In this document: in pieces, positions 27,433-35,417 of the stretch
Layout of the letters: every line of letters starts with the position of its first letter
Position numbering within the stretch: the first letter of the stretch is position 1
Assembly (NCBI GenBank): GCA_963783305.1
Contig: CAWAMW010000002.1
Coordinates: forward strand, 320,001-384,000
Direction: 5' to 3'
Length of the DNA: 64,000 nt
From: an uncultured Gemmatimonadales bacterium
GTDB lineage: Bacteria > Gemmatimonadota > Gemmatimonadetes > Longimicrobiales > RSA9
The notes under the pieces: model-generated
Databases searched by the model: none
Told to the model about the DNA's origin: nothing
The model's input: only the letters and a program-made list of their open reading frames with translations
Position numbers and translations under genes: made by a program

Positions 27433-28457
27433 CGGTGCGCTACGCCCAGTCCCGGCTCGGTGTTGAACCGGAGGGTACCGTCGTCGTTCATGCCGGGTCC
27501 GGTGAACGGGTCCTCGGCGAGGAGCAGCGCGCCGTCGAGGTCGAGGTAGTCCACCAGCGGCGCCAGCTGGAGGGCGGCGGCGATACCCAACGTGCTCTCC
27601 ACCATACAGCCGAGCATGACGGTCATGCCGTGGGCGCGCGCCACGTGGACCATGCGAACCGCCTCACGCAGCGAGCCGGACTTGGCCAGCTTGATGTTGA
27701 TCCCGTCCACCGCCCCCACCAGCCGGGCGACGTCATCGGCGGTCTCGCAGGACTCGTCGGCGATGATGGGGAGTCGGGACCCTTTCCGCAGCAGCCGGAG
27801 CCCTTCGACGTCTTCGGCCGGAAGCGGCTGCTCGACGAACGCGACGCGCATCTCCTCGAGCATGGGCATCTTCCGGAGCGCCTCCTTGACGGTCCAGCCG
27901 GTGTTCGCGTCCACGTAGAGCTCGGCGTTGGGCGCCTCGTCGCGGATGGCGCGGAGCCGGGCCTCATCGTCGTCGCCCCCAACCTTGATTTTCAGGATGG
28001 GGCGGTGCGCGTTTCGCCGGGCTTTGTCCCGGGTCTCTTCGGCGGAGGCCAGGCCGAGGGTAAACGAGGAGCGGGGCGCGGCCGCGGGGTCGAGGCCCCA
28101 GAGGCGCCAGACGGGCTGGCCGGCGCGCTTCCCCATGAGGTCGTGGAGCGCGGAGGACAGCGCCGACCGGGCGGCAGGGTTGCCGTTGAGGCGAGTGCGG
28201 AGGTCGTCCTCGATCCGCTCCAGGGCGAACGGGTCATCGACGGCCTCGAGGATCTCGGCATACGTCGGCATCGACGCCGTGACCGTCTCGGCGGTATCGC
28301 CGTAGAAGGCGTTCGCGGCCGCCTCGCCCCACCCCTCCTGGCCGTCATCCGTGGTAAGCCGGACCCAGACATTGCGCCTGCGATCGGCCACGGACGGACG
28401 GGCGATGTGGAAGGGTTCCTGTGGCCGCAGCTCGAGCGTTTCGTATGTCAGTTTCAT
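27429..28457 (-). CDS. Dipeptide (L-Ala-D/L-Glu) epimerase, enolase superfamily
   Basis: GWGEA, KIKVG, VDANTGW, EQP, ADES, NIKLAK, GCMVES, DLDG. Confidence 0.9.
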   Translation of the reverse strand: MKLTYETLELRPQEPFHIARPSVADRRRNVWVRLTTDDGQEGWGEAAANAFYGDTAETVTASMPTYAEILEAVDDPFALERIEDDLRTRLNGNPAARSALSSALHDLMGKRAGQPVWRLWGLDPAAAPRSSFTLGLASAEETRDKARRNAHRPILKIKVGGDDDEARLRAIRDEAPNAELYVDANTGWTVKEALRKMPMLEEMRVAFVEQPLPAEDVEGLRLLRKGSRLPIIADESCETADDVARLVGAVDGINIKLAKSGSLREAVRMVHVARAHGMTVMLGCMVESTLGIAAALQLAPLVDYLDLDGALLLAEDPFTGPGMNDDGTLRFNTEPGLGVAHR

Positions 28458-28600
28458 TCGGGCACAAGGTCCGGGTCGCGTAGATGCACGCCGGGAACGT
28501 AATGTACGGCCGCCTGATGGACGAGAGCAGGCGTGAGCAGATGAGACGAGTCGACCGAGAGGGACGCAGCCGTGGGCGGAACGAGTCGGGGGAGCGAAGG

Positions 28601-29642
28601 GTGACGGCGCCGCGAGCGAGCGCTTCGAGGGGCCGCATCATCGCGGCGCTGGCGGCGGTCTACCTGGTATGGGGGTCCACCTACCTGGCGATCCGGTTCG
28701 CCGTGGAGACGCTGCCGCCCTTCCTCATGGCCGGCGTGCGGTTCACCATCGCCGGCGCGATCCTCTATGGCTGGCGTCGGGCGGGCGGTCACGGCAGGCC
28801 CACGGCGGCGCAGTGGCGGGCGGCGACGGTCGTGGGTGGGCTGATGCTCCTGGGCGGCAACGGTGGTGTGGTGTGGGCGGAGCAGTGGGTGGAGTCGGGG
28901 ACGGCGGCTCTGATCGTCGCCACGGTCCCGCTCTGGATGGTGCTCCTGGAATGGCTGCGACCGGGCGGTCGCCCGCCGCGGACATCCGTCTGGGTGGGCG
29001 TACTGATCGGGCTGGTAGGCGTGGCACTCCTGATGGGCGCACCGGCCGCCGCGGTCGGAGCGCACTACACGGCGGGGGTGATCGTGCTGGTGCTGGCGTC
29101 GGTGGCGTGGGCCATCGGATCGCTTTACTCGAGGAACGCCGTCCTTCCGGCCCCACTCATGGCGACGGGGATGCAGAATGCTCACGGGCGGGGGGCTCCT
29201 TCTGCTGGCGGGCGTAGTGACGGGAGAGGTCCAGGGTCTGGACCCAGCGACGTTCTCCCTGAGGTCGGGGATGGCGCTGCTCTACCTCATCGTCTTCGGC
29301 TCGCTCATCGGCTTCAGCTCGTACGTGTGGCTTTTGCGCGTAACGCCACCCGCCGTGGCCTCGACCTACGCCTATGTGAATCCCGTGGTAGCCGTGTTCC
29401 TGGGCTGGCTGCTCGCTGGCGAGCTGATCACGCCGCGCATCCTGACGGCGTCGGCCGTCATCGTGGGGGGAGTGGCCGTGATCACCACCGCGCGGAGCCG
29501 CCGTCGGCCGCCCCCACCCGGGCCGGGCACCGGCACAGCGCACCCGGGTACGGCTGTGTTCGAGGGTCGGCGGGTGGGCGGCGGCGAGCCCGGGACCCCT
29601 GATTCGAGAGTCGCACCGGAGCGCGGCCGGGACGGACCCTAG
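28601..29642 (+). pseudogene. EamA/DMT (YedA-like) transporter with +1 frameshift
   Basis: First half YLVWGSTY..ATVPLW and second half YAYVNPVVA are in different frames; ATG CAG A ATG CTC shows one extra A at 29177/29178 (expected MQMLTGG). May be a sequencing error. Confidence 0.8.
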
Positions 29643-30616
29643 ACCAGACTTTCCAGCGCCCTGCGGACGTACACCGGTACCATGGCGCGCCGCCACTCCG
29701 GATCCACGATGATATTGGTGAGCGGGTGGCACTGCTGGTGCGCGCGGTCGGCAATGGCGGCGATCGTCCCCTCGTCCAGCCGCTCGCCCACCACCTCGTC
29801 GAGACCTGTCACCTCACGGGGCCGGGAGCCGAGCGCCGATACGACGACCCGCACAGCCCGGACCCGTTCGCTCTCATCCAGCGTAGCGACCACTGCCACG
29901 CTCAGCACCGGGAAATCAATGGAATCCCGGGGGCGCACTTTGCGGTACGTCATACGGGTGCCGGCATCCGGAAGGGGGATGCGCACGCCGGTCACGATCT
30001 CCCCGGGTTCGCGGACGGTGTTGCGGATCCCGTCTGCGACGAAGAAATCCTCCACGGCCACCTCTCGCTGGCCCGCCGGCGAAGTCAGCTCCACGGTGGC
30101 CCCGAGCGCCCACAGGACGGGCGGCGTGTCGGCGGAGTGGGCGGCCACGCATTTCTTCCCAACCTGCGTGACGTGGCAGGTATCGCCATCCTTCTTCAGG
30201 CAGAAGCCGAGCGACTGCCGCCAGAAATGGCTCTGGTTGTAATACGTGCAACGGGTGTCCAGGCAGAGGTTGCCGCCGAGAGTGCCGGCGTTCCGCAACT
30301 GCGGACCGGCTACGTGACGCGCCGCACCCGCCAGCGCCGGCACATGCTCCTCCACCAGGGGGTGGGCGGCGATGTCCGCGAGCGTCTCCAGCGCGCCGAT
30401 CCGGAGCGCGTCATCCGCCCGCTCGACCCCTCGGAGCTCGTCCAGCCGCCGCAGCGACACCAGATGGCGGGGCTCGTGGAGCCGGTGCTTCATGTTCGGG
30501 ATCACGTCCGTCCCGCCCGCCACGGCCATTGCGCCGTCACCCAGCTCAGAAAGGAGACGCAGCGCTTCATCCAGCGACGACGGCCGGTGATACTCGAACT
30601 CGGGTAGCCTGAGCAC
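29639..30616 (-). CDS. FAD subunit of xanthine oxidase-family enzyme, HcrB-like with [4Fe-4S] insert
   Basis: AGGTD, QLRNAGTLGGNL, C-X15-C-X7-C-X8-C insert, R.SIDF. Confidence 0.88.
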   Translation of the reverse strand: MLRLPEFEYHRPSSLDEALRLLSELGDGAMAVAGGTDVIPNMKHRLHEPRHLVSLRRLDELRGVERADDALRIGALETLADIAAHPLVEEHVPALAGAARHVAGPQLRNAGTLGGNLCLDTRCTYYNQSHFWRQSLGFCLKKDGDTCHVTQVGKKCVAAHSADTPPVLWALGATVELTSPAGQREVAVEDFFVADGIRNTVREPGEIVTGVRIPLPDAGTRMTYRKVRPRDSIDFPVLSVAVVATLDESERVRAVRVVVSALGSRPREVTGLDEVVGERLDEGTIAAIADRAHQQCHPLTNIIVDPEWRRAMVPVYVRRALESLV

Positions 30617-30631
30617 GCGGTCTCGTGCCCC

Positions 30632-31225
30632 TCAGCCGCTCTCGATGAGGCGACGGCTCGCATCCACCGCGCCCGCCGGCGGACGATCGGCCGCGGTCAT
30701 GGGCGCGACCCAGACGGGCCACTCATAGCGCGCCGCGAGCATGCCACCCAACCGCCGGGCCTCGGCCACCGTGGGCACGGCCCCGACCCTCAGCCGGTAG
30801 AAGGTCTGCCCCCCCAGCTCGGCCACAGACGTCCAGACCGGCATGCCCTGGCTGCGCAGGCGATCCGCCCATTCCGTGGCGGACGCCGCCTCCGTGAACG
30901 CAGCGACCTGGACGGTATACAGTCGAGAGCTCTGCCCCGGCTGACCACTCTGACCCGACCGCTCCGCCTCACCGGAGGTCGGGCCAGCGTCCGACTGAGC
31001 CGACTGACCCGACCGACCCGACTGATTCGACCGACCCGGCTGACCCGGGCGCCCGGCGACCCCGGTGGAATCGGCCACGACGGCGATGGTGTCCCCGAGG
31101 GTGGTATCGGCGGCGGGCTGCTCGGGAGCGGGTCGCCGGGTCGGCAGGGCATCGGTGTCGTCGGCCTCGTCACCACCGCAGCCGGTAGCGATGAGGGCGG
31201 CGAGGGCGAGCTTGGTGAGACGCAT
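30632..31225 (-). CDS. SPOR-domain lipoprotein
   Basis: Lipobox ATGC; G/Q/S-rich linker; YTVQVAAF..FYRLRVG. Confidence 0.85.
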   Translation of the reverse strand: MRLTKLALAALIATGCGGDEADDTDALPTRRPAPEQPAADTTLGDTIAVVADSTGVAGRPGQPGRSNQSGRSGQSAQSDAGPTSGEAERSGQSGQPGQSSRLYTVQVAAFTEAASATEWADRLRSQGMPVWTSVAELGGQTFYRLRVGAVPTVAEARRLGGMLAARYEWPVWVAPMTAADRPPAGAVDASRRLIESG

Positions 31226-31312
31226 GGGCTGCTCCTCCAAGATCGAGGTGGTGGGCGGAGTCGGGGGGAGTGCGTGGGCTGAAGATAGAGATCTCGGGAG
31301 GTCGGGTAAAGC

Positions 31313-32965
31313 TCAGTCCTCGGCGGTGCGCGGGATGCGTAGCGTGAAGGTCGAGCCCACGTCGGGCTCGCTGATCACGCTGAGGCTGCCCCCCAGGAGG
31401 GTGGCGAAGCTGCGGGCCACGGTGAGGCCCAGCCCTGTGCCGCCAGCCTTTCGGGTGAGCGCCTCCTCCATCTGCCAGAACCGCTCGAAGATCTTCTCGA
31501 GGCGGTCCTTCGGGATCCCCACGCCGGTGTCCTCGACCTCGAAGACGAGCGTGTCGTTCTCCCGCCGCGCCCGGACCGCGATCGAGCCGGCCTCCGTGAA
31601 CTTGAGCGCGTTCGAGATGAGGTTGAGCAGGATCTGCCGCACCTTGCGTGGGTCGGTGCGGGTGGCGGTGTCCCCGTCGGCCACATCGATGGTGAACTCC
31701 AGCTTCGTCTCGCCCGCCAGCGGATCGGCGACCGCCGCCACGCCGTCCATGATCTCCGCCAGCGTGACCTCCTCCGGGTGCACCGACTCCTTCCCCGCCT
31801 CCGTGCCGGCGAAGGCGAGGATCTCCTCGATGATCTGGAGCAGGTGACTGGAGCTGGCCCGGATCCGACCGAGGTACCCCGACTGCTTTTCCGTGATCTC
31901 CCCCACCACGCCGCGGTCGATGAGGTCCGTGTATCCGATGATCGCCGAGAGCGGCGTCCGAAGCTCGTGGGACATGACCGAGAGGAAGTTGGCCTTCGCC
32001 TGGTTCGCCGCCTCCGCGTCCCGGTAGAGCCGCGCGTTCTCGATGGCCAACGCCGCGTGGCGCCCCAGCTCGACCGCCATCTGGAGGTCCCGCTCGTTGA
32101 AGTCGGTGCGACCTGTGCTCACCGCGGAGAAGAGACCGATGCACTCCCGGCCGCTGTCGAGCGGCACGAAGATCACCGAAGTCGGGCCGAGGGAACGGAG
32201 CAGCTCGAGGTGCTCCTCGTCCTGGGCCGCCGACCGCAGCCACGCCTCGTCCACCTCCCGCACGAGGACCGGCTTCCGCTCGCGGAATGCTCGCGCCTGC
32301 GGCGTATCATCACCGATCCGGAGCGGGTAACCGCGCGCTCGGTCCATGAATCCGGCGGCATGGCTGGAAGCGGCTGCGAAGCGGCGCACCTCTCCATTCT
32401 CTACCAGGTCGAGGATGCAGTAGTCGGCGAACTCTTCGACCACCAGCTGAACCACTCGCTGGAGCGTCTCCTCCAGCGCCAGGCTGGCCGAGAGACGACG
32501 CGCCGCCTCCGATAGGAACTCGCCCCTCCTTGCCGCCTGCTCCGCCTCTGCCCGCGCCAGCTGCTCGCGCACCAGCTCCCGCTCGCGCTCCGCCGATCTA
32601 AGCCGCTCCGTGATGTCGCGGAGCGAGATGATGAACGCGGACTCACCCTCCCACTCCGTACCCATCACCCGCAGCTCCGCTATGCGCAGCTCGCCCCGGC
32701 GGACCACGTCGATCTCGGTGGTCTCCCCTACCACGACCGGGTGCCCGAACGGCGACCCGACGAGTGCGGACGGCTCGCGGCCGAACAGCCGGCCCGCGGC
32801 GGGATTGGCGAACCGGACCACACCGAGCTCATTGTCCACGACCATCATCCCATCCGCCGCATTCTGGATGATACTCCGGAACCGCTGCCGGGCCCTGGCA
32901 AGCTCGGCCCGCAGCCGGTGGGTCTCGGACGCGTCCGCCCTTTCGTCGGTCCCCTGATCCGTCAT
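31313..32965 (-). CDS. PAS-GAF histidine kinase downstream of kaiC
   Basis: DGMMVVD..FANPAA..LRDITER (PAS), ADYCILD (GAF), MSHELRTPL, NLISNALKF, GGTGLGL. Confidence 0.92.
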   Translation of the reverse strand: MTDQGTDERADASETHRLRAELARARQRFRSIIQNAADGMMVVDNELGVVRFANPAAGRLFGREPSALVGSPFGHPVVVGETTEIDVVRRGELRIAELRVMGTEWEGESAFIISLRDITERLRSAERERELVREQLARAEAEQAARRGEFLSEAARRLSASLALEETLQRVVQLVVEEFADYCILDLVENGEVRRFAAASSHAAGFMDRARGYPLRIGDDTPQARAFRERKPVLVREVDEAWLRSAAQDEEHLELLRSLGPTSVIFVPLDSGRECIGLFSAVSTGRTDFNERDLQMAVELGRHAALAIENARLYRDAEAANQAKANFLSVMSHELRTPLSAIIGYTDLIDRGVVGEITEKQSGYLGRIRASSSHLLQIIEEILAFAGTEAGKESVHPEEVTLAEIMDGVAAVADPLAGETKLEFTIDVADGDTATRTDPRKVRQILLNLISNALKFTEAGSIAVRARRENDTLVFEVEDTGVGIPKDRLEKIFERFWQMEEALTRKAGGTGLGLTVARSFATLLGGSLSVISEPDVGSTFTLRIPRTAED

Positions 32966-32984
32966 AGCGCCATGCGGGCCCCGC

Positions 32985-34535
32985 CTACTCGGCGGGGCTC
33001 CCTTTCCTGCGGCGCTGGAGCTTCTCCGCCAGCTCCGGGTCCACGTGACCCGGACTGCCCCAGAGCAGCCCGTGGATGTCCGACAGCTTCTCCCCGATAT
33101 GCATGCCATCCGCGTCGATCACGTACTCCCGGATCTCCGGATCGTGCTCGGAGCCCCGCATCTTCAGTACGACCATCCCGCGCCTCACCTCACCAAAGCT
33201 CTCCACGTATCGGAGCAAAATGATGCTGTCGGTGAGGGTGGAGATGTGCTGCTCGGTGATGGACGTTCCGCCCGTGAGCGTGGGGGTGTTGGCGCTGAAC
33301 AACCCGGCCATCTCCCGGTGCTTGATGGTGGCCGTCAGGTTGATCACGAATTCACGGAACGAGCGCACCGAGCTGGCCCGCTCGAGCGCCGACAGGCTGT
33401 CCACTGCGATACGCCCCGGATTGTACTCCTCGATGACGTCCTTCATCTTGACGAGGTGATCCTCGAGCGTGAGCGAGTGCGGGTACTGCGTCACGATCTT
33501 CAGCAGACCCCGCTCCTGCCACCCCTCGAAATCGAATCCCCAGGCCGCAGCGTTCCGCACCAACTGCTCACGACTCTCTTCGAACGCGAAGAGGAGTGAG
33601 CGCTCCCCCGCGGCCGCGCCCCCGGCCAGGAACTGTGAGACCGTGAGCGTCTTCCCCGTCCCCGTGGCGCCGGAGATGAGGACGACGGAGTCCCTGAAGA
33701 ACCCGCCCCCACACATCCGGTCGAGCTTCTCGTTCCCCGATGTGATGCGGACCGTGGAGGACGCCTGCGTCAGATGCATCGCGGACAGCGGTATTACGAT
33801 GATTCCGCGACCGCTGGAGATGGTGAACGGGAACTCCCCGGACTGGTGCGGCGTGCCGCGGAACTTGAGGATCTCGACCGTCCGTCGGCGCTTCTCCTGG
33901 TCCAGGGAGTTGCGGAGGATGAGCACGTTATCGGCGACGAACTCCTCGATCCCGTGGGTGGTTAGGTCGCCGTAATCCTCCTTCCGCTCGGCCGTCAGGA
34001 GCGCCGTCACGCCGAGCTCCTTGAGCTTGCGGGTGATGCGGAAGATCTCCTGGCGCAGGCTCCGGTGGTCGTCGTAGAGCGAGAAGATGGCGTTCAGGGA
34101 GTCCAACGCGACGCGGGTCGCCCCGACCTTCTCCACCGCGCGCTCGATCCGGGCGAGGAGCCCACCCAGGTCGAAGTCGCCGACGACCACGGGGTGCTCG
34201 CCCGTATGGGGCGAGGCGTCGATGAAGACCCAGCTGTCCTCGCTCTCCCATCCGGCCACATCCCAGCCGAAGCCGCGAACGTTCTCGCGCACGGCCTCGG
34301 CCGAGTCCTCGAACGTGATGAAGACGCCCGTCTCGTCGTGCTCGCGGATTCCCGCCGCCAGGAACTGGCACGCGAAGATGGTCTTGCCGCTTCCGGCGGT
34401 ACCGGCGATGAGCGTCGCGCGCCCTTCCGGGATGCCGCCCTCGCTGATCACGTCGAATCCGTCGATGCCGGACGGCATCTTCTTCATGGTAAACTGGTCC
34501 GCAGGGGCCATGGCTCCACTGGATAGGGAATTCAC
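32985..34535 (-). CDS. kaiC: Circadian-clock-type double-domain ATPase KaiC
   Basis: Walker A GTAGSGKT and GATGTGKT, FEES, EEFVADNV, LKFRG/LKMRGS, HISTLTD phosphosite motif. Confidence 0.95.
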   Translation of the reverse strand: MNSLSSGAMAPADQFTMKKMPSGIDGFDVISEGGIPEGRATLIAGTAGSGKTIFACQFLAAGIREHDETGVFITFEDSAEAVRENVRGFGWDVAGWESEDSWVFIDASPHTGEHPVVVGDFDLGGLLARIERAVEKVGATRVALDSLNAIFSLYDDHRSLRQEIFRITRKLKELGVTALLTAERKEDYGDLTTHGIEEFVADNVLILRNSLDQEKRRRTVEILKFRGTPHQSGEFPFTISSGRGIIVIPLSAMHLTQASSTVRITSGNEKLDRMCGGGFFRDSVVLISGATGTGKTLTVSQFLAGGAAAGERSLLFAFEESREQLVRNAAAWGFDFEGWQERGLLKIVTQYPHSLTLEDHLVKMKDVIEEYNPGRIAVDSLSALERASSVRSFREFVINLTATIKHREMAGLFSANTPTLTGGTSITEQHISTLTDSIILLRYVESFGEVRRGMVVLKMRGSEHDPEIREYVIDADGMHIGEKLSDIHGLLWGSPGHVDPELAEKLQRRRKGSPAE

Positions 34536-34807
34536 CGCGGCAGCCCGAGGGCCAACGCTACGGCGTCAACGTCCGACAGGTCACCGGTCACCCGGCGGAC
34601 CGGGTCGGGATGGCGCTTGATGACGGTGGGCGTCGCCATGATCTGGTGGGCCTCCGCCTCGGCGGGGTCGTGCACCACGTCGATGACGACCAGCTCGTAG
34701 TCGCCCTCATCGAGCATGCCCGCCGCGAGCCCGCGAAGGTTCTCCACGGCCCGCGTGCTGCGCGGACTCTGCCCGGCGATGAAGAGGGTGAACTGGTAGG
34801 TGATCAT
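34532..34807 (-). CDS. kaiB: KaiB
   Basis: LFIAGQSPRS.RAVENL, VIDV..P..AE...IMATPT, PVRRVTGDLSD; GTGA overlap with kaiC. Confidence 0.93.
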   Translation of the reverse strand: MITYQFTLFIAGQSPRSTRAVENLRGLAAGMLDEGDYELVVIDVVHDPAEAEAHQIMATPTVIKRHPDPVRRVTGDLSDVDAVALALGLPR

Positions 34808-34811
34808 ACGG

Positions 34812-35372
34812 TCAGTCCAGCCATCGGGTTCGCTCGGCAGCCGCGGTACGCGCCTTGGCCTGGGGCACCGCAGCGGGCTCGCCCAGGAACACGATCGCCA
34901 CCACACGCTGACGGTCCGAGACCTCCAGCGCGCCGCGAAGCTCCGGCTCTCCCATCACCGCTCCGGTCTTTATGTGTGTGCCGAGCCCCATCTCCACCGC
35001 CGCGAGGCTGAGGTTCTGTATCGCCATGAAGGCCGTAGCGTAATCCTCTTCCCGGATTTCCGGGCTCTCGTCTTCGTTCTGGATGACCGCGATCATGGCG
35101 GGAATCGATTCCGACCTCCGGACCACCTTCCCGGCCACGGCCCGCGCCGTATCCGGATCGTCGATCTTCGCCACCTTCCGTCCCGCCAGCGCCTGACCGT
35201 AGGCAGTTTTTGCGCCAGCGCCCATCACGCGCCACTCCAGCGGCTCGGTCATCCGGTGATTGGGCGCCGCGTTCGCGAGCTCCAGCAGGCGCTCGATGGC
35301 AGCTCGGGGGACGGGGTGGTCCACATACTCCTTTACGGAGACACGAGTGTTTATGGCGGCTTCGACGTTCAT
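34812..35372 (-). CDS. Nitroreductase family protein
   Basis: RVSVKEY, AAPNHRMTEP, AIQNLSLAA..GLGTHIKTG; GGGGAG RBS. Confidence 0.88.
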   Translation of the reverse strand: MNVEAAINTRVSVKEYVDHPVPRAAIERLLELANAAPNHRMTEPLEWRVMGAGAKTAYGQALAGRKVAKIDDPDTARAVAGKVVRRSESIPAMIAVIQNEDESPEIREEDYATAFMAIQNLSLAAVEMGLGTHIKTGAVMGEPELRGALEVSDRQRVVAIVFLGEPAAVPQAKARTAAAERTRWLD

Positions 35373-35417
35373 TGCGCTCCCCTTCGAATGGATTGGACCT
35401 GGATTGAATTTGAATAT

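Noticed and set aside
30940..31050. 9-bp-period repeats (CCGACTGAC-like) as a possible CRISPR or VNTR
   Set aside because: They encode the G/Q/S-rich linker of the SPOR protein; no spacers and no cas genes.
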